A stretch of 64,000 nucleotides of DNA from Protoeuglena noctilucae (Eukaryota). Under the pieces are notes generated by a model that made no database searches, was not told the DNA's origin, and worked only from the letters and a program-made list of their open reading frames with translations. The stretch covers positions 1,488,001-1,552,000 of the forward strand of contig OY253671.1 of the NCBI GenBank assembly GCA_958009085.1. Reading direction: 5' to 3'. Of this stretch, positions 50,801 to 60,700 are shown piece after piece. The stretch's first letter is position 1, and each line of letters begins with the position of its first letter. Position numbers and translations under genes: made by a program.

Positions 50801-53800
50801 TCAGGGTTTTTACCCGGAGGTCCAGCCCTCCCGACATTACGCCCCGGAGCACCGCACGGGGTTTCTGGCACCGCCGGTGACGCCAGAAACAGCGGCGCTG
50901 CCAGAGTTGGCGGAGGGGGGGGAGCGCGTGGGATCGGAGGAGAGTTTAGTGAGGAGTGGTCAGGAGGCACAAGCGAGGAAGCTGGCGGAGAGATTGCGTG
51001 GGGTGGTGGAGGGTGGGGAGGGTGAGGGTGCGGGGGTGCGTGGGGGTGGGGTGGGGGTGGTGGAGGTGCCAGCAGTGTTGGGGGTGTTCCCTATGGTGGG
51101 ATCTATGATTGGGTGGAAGAGTGAGGAAATGGTGGGAGAGGGGGGTGCAAGTGTGAGTGAGGGGAGCGAGGTGGGGGCGGGGGTGGCGGTGGCGGTGGCA
51201 GGGGGTGAGGTGGTGGGTGCGGGTGGCGGTGAGGGTGGCAGTGAGGGCGGGGAAGGTGCAAAAGATGAGGTTAGGGCATTCCCTGCACCGAGAGATGCGG
51301 GGGAGTTGCAAGAGAGGGCGGCGGTGGGGGTGCAGCCAATGAGGGCGGTGGCGGTGGGGGCGGTGGAGGTGGGGGAGGTGGTGGATGCAGAGACAGATAC
51401 ACAACCAGCAACGTCAACAACCCCTCTCTCTGCACCCGCACCCCCACCCGCGCCCATCCCAGCGCCCCTGGCCATGCCAATGCTCGTCGCAGCACCCATA
51501 CCCATCGCCACCCCAGCCACCCCCACCCCCGCACCGTCACTCCCACCCCCCACCGCTGCGGTTGCAGTACCCACTGCCGCTGCTATCCCACCACCCAGCG
51601 CTGTTACTGCGGCATCGGCAGCAGCGCCCACCGCAGCACCACCCCCTTCAGCCGTTGCGGTGTCTACACCCGCAACTGTACAGCCACCACCCAGCGCTGA
51701 GACTGCAGCACCATTACTGCCATCACCACCTTCTGCTGTTGCAGTGCCAACAGCAGAGCGCGCCCCACCCCCCGCAGCCACCCCTACACCCACCCAACCA
51801 CCACCCCCCGCTGCAGTTGCGGTGTCCACACCCGCAACCATTTCACCACCACCACCCGCCACCCCCACTCCTACTCAACCATCACCCCCTCCAGCTGTTG
51901 CGGTATCTTCACCCGCAACTGCACAGCCACCCACACCTGCCACCCCCACACCTACTCAACCACCACCCCCTCCAGCTGTTGCGGTATCTACACCTGCAAC
52001 TGTACAGCCACCCCCCGCTGCTACTACCCCCACGCCCGCTCCACCATCACCGCCCGCTGCTGTTGCGGTATCAACAACAGAGCACCCCCCACCACCCGCT
52101 GCCACCCCCACACACCCCGCACCGCCCCCCACACCCCCCACCGCAGCTGCATCCATCCCACACCCCGCTCCCGCTCCCGCCACCCCCACCGCACTCCCCA
52201 TCCCACCATCTCACCCGCTCCCCGCCACCCCTGCCCCGCCCCTTTCTGCCCACGCCCCGCCCAGCGCCGAGTCAGGGGCAGGTGCTGAGTCAGGGACGGG
52301 CGCAGTGTCAGAGTCTGAGGTTTCAGGAGCCTCGGCGGAGGGCGGGGAGGGGCGGGGGGTGGAAAAGGGCGAGCTGCCGGGATTCGATGCGGGGACGGGG
52401 GAGGAAAAGGGGGGGTCGCCGGGGTTCGATGTCCCGGCCCCTGTGCGCGCGGCGGAGGAGGCGGCGGGGCGATTGGGGCCGGGGATGGTGGGGGTGGATG
52501 AGGGTGCGAGGGTGGCGGGGGTGGGTGCGATGATGGGTAGGGGGGGAGTGGATGTGGATAAGGGTGAGGGTGAAGGGGATGAGGAGGGGAGTGGGGTGGG
52601 TGAGGGAGATGAGGGGGATAAGGGTGTTGGGGATGAGGGTAAGGGTGTGGTGAGGGTGGATATGGGGCGAGAGGGGGAGGGGGAGTTGCTGCAAGCAAAG
52701 GGTGCGGGAGAGGGAGCGGGAGAGAAAGTTGGAGTGAGTGAGAGTAGGGGATTGTGGGTGGATGCGCCGATTGTGGCGTTTGGGACAGCGGCGGGTGCGG
52801 GGATGGGTGCGCTGGTTGGGGCGGTGCTGGGGGGAGCGGGCGTGGGTGCGGGTGTGGGTGCGGGGGTGGGTGCGGGAGTGGGTGCGGGTGTGGGTGCGAC
52901 TGATGAGGTGGAGGGGGTGAGGGTGGAGGAGGTGGGTGCGTAGGTGGGGGAGGGTGAGGTTGGCAGTGAGAGCGAGAGTGGCGGTGAGGGCGGTGCAAAG
53001 GGGGTGATGGGTGAGGAGGGGAGCAGCGGTGAATTGGAAATCGTTGAGAGTGAGGGTGGCGGTGTGGGTTTAAATGTGGCGGGGATTGGGTTCGGATCCC
53101 CGGTGCAGCCGGCGGCCGCCAGCGCTGTGCCGGAAATGCCAGAGCCGGCGGCAGAAACGCCGATTCCGGTGTCGGAAACGCCAGCGTCGGTGCCTGAAAC
53201 GCCGGTTGGGAGGGGCGAGCAGGAGTCGGCGATTGCTGCGGGGGTGGGTGGAGCGGCGGGTGGGGATGGGGATGAGGCTGCGTTATGGGGGGGTGGGTTT
53301 GGTTTGGATGTAGCTGAGCTGGCGAGGGGTGGAGATGTGGGGGAGGTGGGGAGGGATGTGAGTGGGAAAGGGGTGGAGATAGAGGGTGGGGTTGAGAGTG
53401 GTAGTGAGGGTGCCGGTGAGAGTGAGAGGGAGGTGTTTGGTTTGGATATGGCAGCGGTGGCGTTCGGTGCAGCTGCGATGGAGAGTGCGATCATAGAAAG
53501 CGCACTCGAGACTGCATCATTGGGAGAGGGGTTTGGGTTGGATGTGGAAGCGGTGGTGTTTGGGGCAGCGGTGGAGGTGGCGGTGATGGGGGCGGTGATG
53601 GGGGCGGCGATGGGTGAGGGTGAGGGTGCAGAGGGGAGTGGGGAGGGTGCAGAGGTGGGGGTGAGAGAGGGTGGTGGTGAGGGTGGCAGTGAGGGTGGAG
53701 ATAAGGGCAGTGGTGGTGGTGGTGGTGTGACAAGGGAGGCGTTTGGTGGTGTGGTGGCGCCGTGGCGTGGGGTTGGGATGAGTGGGTGTGGGGGTGGTGG

Positions 53801-56800
53801 TGGTGAGGGTGCGGGTGGGGTTGTGAGTGGTGCAGAGATGGGTGCGGATGCAAGCGCTGGTGTTGAGCCGCTTTCTGACATTGCGGGCTTCCCCAGAGAT
53901 CGGGAATTAGCAGAGTATGAGGGCGGGGAGGGGATGAGCGCAGCGCCAGTGGGGATGCCAGAGACGGGCGTGTCAGAACCGGGTGCTGCTGTGGTGAGGG
54001 AGTGGCCGATTGGGGAAGGGGAAATGTCAGAAACATCGCTGGGTGCGGAGTTCGGCCTCGATTCCGCGGGACTGGCGTTTGGGGTGCCAGTGCCAGTGCC
54101 AGTGGGGGGGCAGGGCGAGGGGGAGTGGGAGATGGTAAGCGTGGGGGAGGTGGGGGGTGAGGGTGAGGGTGGTGTGGAGGGTGGCACTGCGAGTGCGGGT
54201 GCGGGTGGTGTGGTGGGTGTGGGTCATATGAGGGGTGTTGAGATTGGCCCCAGTCACGGTGGCGAGGGGCTGGGGCTGGAGTTTGCGGGGGATGAGAGCG
54301 GGCACAGCTGGCGGCTGCATGGGGATGAGAGAGAGGGGCGTGGCGATGGCGATGAGGGGAAGGGGGTGGGAGAGGGTGCAGAGGGGGCGCAGAGTGGGGG
54401 TGGCATTGCGGGAGCGGGTGCGGGAGTGGTGGAGTTCGCTGCAATGGGCGCTCCATCCGCACCCTCACACCCACACCCCACCCTTTCCCCCTCTGCTATT
54501 CGCCGCTCCCCTCGCCGCGCCGACCGCGGCTGGGGATCGGAAGGGCCGTTTACTGGCACTTTCACAGGCCCGTTTACTGACACGTCCACTGGCGCGTTTA
54601 CTGGCACCTGGGGCGGCCCCTTCCCTGGCACTGCGATGCTGACGGGGGGGAGGGAGTGGACGGAGATGAGTGGGGGAGAGGAGGTGAGGTGTTTGAATGT
54701 GGGGGTGTGGGTGTTTGAATGAGTGGGGGGGAGGAGGTGAGGTGTTTGAATGTGGGGGTGTGACTAGACCTGGGCATGGCGACATATATAGCGTATCATA
54801 TATTTTCATCACCAATCCAGTAACAGCCCCGTCCCTCCTCACCTCTCACTCCCAATCCCCACGCTCCATCCCCCACCCTCACCCAACTGCCTTAGCTATA
54901 TACATCAATTTATGATCAATACTCATCCTTATCCACTCGTCTCCCCCCCCCCCAGGACCTCCCTGTTTTCTCCCCGACTGCCATCCAAGCCACCCCATCC
55001 CCCACCGCCACCGCCGCCCTCCCCACGCAACCCACCCCACGCTCCGCCGGCCCATTCCAACCACAGCCCCACCCACTCCCCATCTCCCAATCCCAATCCC
55101 AACCACTCTCCCGATTGCACGTCCCATCCCACCCCACCAGCACTCCCCCAGCCCAGCCGCCCGCCCCTGACTCAGCCGCACCCGCGTCTGACAGCGGTGC
55201 CAGTGAGCCGGTGTCAGCAGAGGCACCCCCCACTGCGACGGGGCTGTCGGTTTCGGTACAGCCGCCGCTGCCGCTGCCACTGACGCCCCTACCCCCTGTG
55301 ATGGGTGGGGAGGTGGGGGGCGGTGAGGGTGGCGGTGAGGGTGGCAGTGGGGGTGCGGGTGCGGGTGCGGGTGGTAGTGCGGGTGCAGAGATGGGTCCGG
55401 GGGGCAGCGAGGGTGCAGTGTTGGGACTGCCCGTGCGTGCGCAAATGGGGGAGGAGGTGGGAGGTGGGCCTGTGGGCATTGTACTATCACCGCTGCAGAG
55501 CTTTGGGGCTAGGGAGGGGGAGAGTGAGAGCGAGAGTGGGAGTGAGGGAGCGGGGGTGGGGGAGAGCGGCGGGGGGGAGGGGAGAGAGGGAGAGGGAGTG
55601 GGTGAGGGTGGTAGTGGTGGTGGTGTGACAAGAGAGGCGTTTGGTGGGATGGTGGCGCCGTGGCGCGGGGTTGGGGTGGGTGGGGGTGAGGGTGTGAGCG
55701 GTGGTGGTGCGAGTAGGGAGGGTGGTGTGGGTGAGGGTGGTGATAAGGGCACTAGTGGTGGTGAGGGCGGTGGTGGTGGTGGTGGTAGTAGTGGTGTGAC
55801 GAGAGAGGCGTTTGGTGGTGTGGTGGCGCCGTGGCGAGGGGGGGGCTGGGTGTCATCATTGGGTGGGGCAGGGGCGGTGGGGGAGAGGGCAGCGAGGGTG
55901 TCATTGGATAGGGGGATTGGTGGGGGTGAGGGTGCAGAGAGGGGTGCGGGTGCGGGTGCGGGTGCGGGTGGTGGTGTGGGTGTGGGTGGTGGTGAGGGTG
56001 AGGATGGGGGTGAAGCAAATAAGGCTGCAAGCGAGGGAGTGGATAAGGATAAGGATAAGGTTTCGGGCGCGGGACTGGATAAGGCGGCTCGCACGGCTGC
56101 TGAGGTGGCGGATGCGGGTGTGAGTGCGGGGTTGGATGTGGGTGGGAGGAGTGGGGGGGTGAGTGGGGTTGAGGAGGGGACAGTGGGGGTGAGACAGGGA
56201 GAGGGAGAGGGAGAGATTGAGGGAGAGGTGGAGGGTACTGTTACAGCTGAGGGGTTGGGTGTGAGGGGAGGGGAGATGGGGGGTGCGGATGCGGGTGCGG
56301 GTGCGGGTGTGGGAGAGGGAGAGAGGGAGAGGGAGGGTGCGATGGAGGGAGAGGGGGGAGGGGATGGGTGCGGGTATGGGTGCAATGGGGGGTGGCAGTG
56401 AGGGGGAGGGTGTGACGGTGGCGGTGGGGGAGGTGGGGTCGCCTGTCGAGGCGTTGGTGGCGATGGCAGAGGAGGGGGCAGGTGAGGGGTGGGGGGGAGA
56501 TTCGAATATTTAAACATATTACGGCAATGATGTTTGAATGTGGGGGAATATGGGGATGTAGCATTGGTGGCGATGGCAGAGGAGGGGCAGGTGAGGGGGG
56601 GGGGGGGGGGGGTACTTTGATATTGAAATATGATGAAGAATGGTATTTGAATCTTACTAGGATGTGGGGGAATGGGGATGTGGCGTTGGCTGGCGAGTGT
56701 GTGCGATCATGCATGGTGCATGATGCATGCACGTTTCACACATTGCCAACAGTGCCACTCAATCCTGAACATGATTGCTAATCACCACCCCCCACCCCTC

Positions 56801-57400
56801 TCCCTTACTCAACCCCCACACCCCTCCCCTCCCCCGCAGTCCCCACCCCGCCCCTCGCCCCCGGCAGCGCCGCGATGCACAGCGCCGGGAGCGCGGGGGG
56901 CGATTCAAATTTCGAATTCGAATTCGAATTTGAATTTGTCGACGCGGCCAGCGAGCCGCCCCCCAGCGAAGCTGCAGCATTGGCGGAGGCTGTGGCGGCA
57001 GAGGTGGCGGNNNNNNNNNNNNNNNNNNNNNNNNNNNNNNNNNNNNNNNNNNNNNNNNNNNNNNNNNNNNNNNNNNNNNNNNNNNNNNNNNNNNNNNNNN
57101 NNNNNNNNNNNNNNNNNNNNNNNNNNNNNNNNNNNNNNNNNNNNNNNNNNNNNNNNNNNNNNNNNNNNNNNNNNNNNNNNNNNNNNNNNNNNNNNNNNNN
57201 NNNNNNNNNNGGCGGCGCGTGCCAGAAACGCGCCCCTGGCCCCCCCCATGTGCTGCAACCCGCCGCCCGCGCAACCGCGGCTGCCCCGCTCCGTTCCCCA
57301 TCGCTCGCCACGCCCTCAGCTGCACTCATGCCCCATACCCCATACCCCCCCCTCCCCTCAGCTGCATTAATGCCCCATCCTGTTTTGCAGCCACACTAAC
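41804..57400 (+). CDS. Putative very long low-complexity (G/E/A/V-rich and P/T/A-rich) continuation of the BAR-like gene; disrupted by a TAG at 52941, an apparent frameshift near 56400 and an N gap
   Basis: Chain of spliceable segments and long + strand ORFs (47545-50535, 50541-52943, 52944-54722, 55115-56401) flanked by donor and acceptor sites. Confidence 0.4.
51400..52270 (+). repeat. Coding Pro/Thr/Ala repeat (PPPxAVAVSTPATxxPPP..TPTPTQ units), mucin/extensin-like
   Basis: About 7 degenerate units visible in the DNA and in ORF 50541-52943. Confidence 0.75.
57011..57210. other. Assembly gap (200 N)
   Basis: Run of n. Confidence 1.
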
Positions 57401-57730
57401 CCATCCTTTGTTTGCTGCCAACAATACCACTAGCTAGCGCCACCACACCCACACCCACACCCACCCACCCACGCCAGCCGCCCCACCGCTGTTGTTACAC
57501 AGCTGCAGGGGTTGAGCTGCATTTCCGTTCCCGCATTGCATGGCCGCGTATCTTCCTTTCCGCAAAGCAAAGCAGAGCAAAGCAGCAAGGCATTGCAGTT
57601 TGAAGTTCAAACACACCCGTTACTGTTAATGCCAATGCCAACTCAACTGCCGTTCTATGCCAACCTTCGGTGCCAGGCCGACCCAAAAGCAAAACCCCAC
57701 GCCCCCAGAGGTCGCGGGTTCGAATCACGT

Positions 57731-60700
57731 TCACGCGGACAGCGCATAAGCGGGCAGCTCCCGGGCGTGCGCCCCCAGCATCGCCAGCACCGCCTCCACC
57801 GCCCGCACCCTCCCCGCGCCCCCCAGCGCCCTCGACGACTTGCTATTCGAATTCGAATTTGCGTCCTTTTTTGAATTTGAATTCCCGTCCATTTTGGCGT
57901 GAGCGGCGTCGAGGGTTGCGGCGGCCGAGGTGAGGAGGGAGGCGCGGAGATGGGCGAAGCTGTCGTGGTAGAGGGCAGACGCCCAGTCCTGGGGTTATGG
58001 GAGGGGTGTGATAGAGGGGATTGGTAACTGCATGATGCGGCAAATGACTATGTTTCTTATTCCAATCAATATGTTCCTATTCCCACCCAGCCACTCGCCT
58101 GCGTCAGGTAGAATACTATCGTGGCTACCACTCCCACCACAACACACCCAGTCTGCTCTGATCCCCTGTAACTATTATTCTTAATACTCATTCTACATAT
58201 CACATCTATAAAATCTAAAAATAATCCCACCCCACTCGCCTGCGTCAGGTATTCGTATAAATCGTCCACCTCCCCCTTGGCGTACATTTCAAACAAATCC
58301 CCCAGATACGCCACGTGCAAGCCCACCAGCCGGTCGATGCGATTGGACAGATCGCTCTTTTTTCCAATGTAACACGCGGCCACGATCGTGTGACCCCGGT
58401 CCAAGAGCAGGCGCACGGAGGGACTGCCGCGCTGCTTGGCGCTGTGGCCGCTCTTAAACAGCATCTGGGGGGGAAGGGGATGGGATGGAGTTATATAGTT
58501 ATATGCGGATTAAGATAATTATTTAAAACAATTACAGACAGTTGTGCAAAGTGCCATACCCACCCCATGCTGTGCCACCAACCGCATCTACCACATCCAC
58601 CATCAATCTAATATCAATAATACCATACCATCACCGACAACCATCCTATTTTTGCATATTTGAACCTCCAACCCCCACCGCCCTCACCTGGTCCGGCGCG
58701 GGCGTCCACGCCCCCACCCCTCACTCACACACCCACCCACCCATGCACATCCACTAACACATCTATAACCGATAATCCAATTACAACAACCAACCCCTTT
58801 ATTTGAATTTCCAACCCCCACCCCAGTTTCAAACTCTCACCTGGTCCGCCGCGGGCGTCCACGCCCCCACGCCCTCCCCCCCCTCCACCGCTGCTTTTGT
58901 GGCTTCCGCATTCCCCGCGAATACAAAAACGTCGCCGTCCGGACCGTCCACGCAGAATCGCTTCGCGCGCAGCATGAGCGGGGCGGAGGGGGGGGCGGGG
59001 GCGGAGGGGGGGGCGTCGGGGGAAAGGCGGTGGGTGAGGGAGCTGCGGGGGTGGGGGAGAGAGATGGGGTGAGAGTGAGTGAGCGAGTGAATGAATGGGA
59101 TGGTTACAGAGTGTGTGCGTGCTTCCCTGTGCAAGTGTGTATGCAATCATGTGCATTTGCACAACACCCACGCTGCAACACCCACACCCCACACCCCCCC
59201 CACCCCCACACCCCAAATGCTTTCTCACCTGAAGTGCGCCCGTATGGCCATCCCCAGGCACTCCCCCACCTCCACCGAGTGCATGTGCCTCATACGCAAG
59301 TCCTGGCCATATCGCGACGAAAAGCGCGCCACCGGCCCGGCCGCCAACACACACGGGTCATTGGTCCTAAACGCCCCATCCACCACAATGCCCTTATCCA
59401 ACACCAAAGCGGCATCGCGCGCGAGCGCAGCGATGGATGGGTCGATGGCGGGATTGCCGCAAAGCACGATTAGACGGGCGTCGATGCGATCGGCGCTTGC
59501 CGTGTCGGGGGTGGGGTGCGGGTCGGTGGGGGTGGGGAGGGGGGCGGGGGCGAGGAGGGCGGAGATGGATGCGTCGGTGAAGTCTGGGAGTGAGAGAGGG
59601 GGTTGGGGGTGAGATGGGAGTGAATGGTTGTTGTTGTAGTGAGAGTGGGTGAGATAGGTGTGGGTAGCGGGAGAGGCTAGCATCTAAGACGGCATCTTTT
59701 CTACCCCACACACTCTCACACCCACCCCCCCACTCACCCGCCACCCCCGTCACCCTCCACTCGCATCCCTCACTCACTCACTCACTCACTACCCCTCTCA
59801 CACCAACACACCCCCCCACCCAACCCCCCCCCTCACCCGCCACCCCCGTCACCCTCCACTCGCACCCCTCCGGCGCCACCCTCCGCTGCAGCCTCCCGAA
59901 CAGCCCCGCCGATTCCCCCTGCGCCCGATGCGCCAGAAACGCAGCCCCCGCGTCAGAAACGTAATGCGCGATGTAGTCGGCCGGCACCCCGCACGCCTGC
60001 AGCATCTCTACGGCTGTCAGAGATTCCGGGCCGTGGCCAATAACGGCGACGGGGAGCGCGGGATTCGATCCGATCGCCAGCTCGCGCCCCACTTCGACGT
60101 CCAGCGACGCGCAGAGCTCTTCGTAGGTGACGATCGGCGGTCGCTCCCCTTCCGGCAATCCCAGCTCGTCCAGTCCCGCGTCCTGCATGCCTGACGCGAT
60201 TGCCAGAATGTCGTAGGGAATCTGCGATCCGTCCTCCAGGCTGACGGTGCGGGAGGGGCGGTCCAGGCCAGTGACGGTGCCGGTCACGACCTGGGGGGGA
60301 GGGGAATTGGGATATGGGTGTGAGAGGGTTGGAGAAAAGGGTTTGAATGGTTGGATGATAATAGAGGTTAGTGTAATGGGACGATTGTATCGTGGGGATC
60401 ATGGGCGACGCACCTTGCAGGCACGTGCGGTCGACGCGTCACCCATCCCAATACTCACACCATTCAAACATACACAACCTATTCAAATTAACTCAAACAC
60501 CACCCATGTCACTCCTCTTTCTCACCTGCACCGCGCACTCCAGTCCCATGCGGTCGGTGGCGGCCCCAAACAGCGGCGACGACCGGGGCAGCCCCGCAGA
60601 GGACACCAGTATGAGAGACGGGAGCTTGATGTTCGAATTAACCAGCAGATTCTCGATCGCGCATAACGCGGTGGTGGACGCTCCGAGGAAGAGCAGCCGG

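Noticed and set aside
56904..56938. Heat-shock element
   Set aside because: The GAA/TTC period is 6 bp rather than the 5-bp nGAAn period, and the site is not in a promoter position
59225..60287. Stand-alone pyridine nucleotide-disulfide oxidoreductase
   Set aside because: These are the FAD/NAD-fold exons of CFAP61, spliced to the surrounding exons
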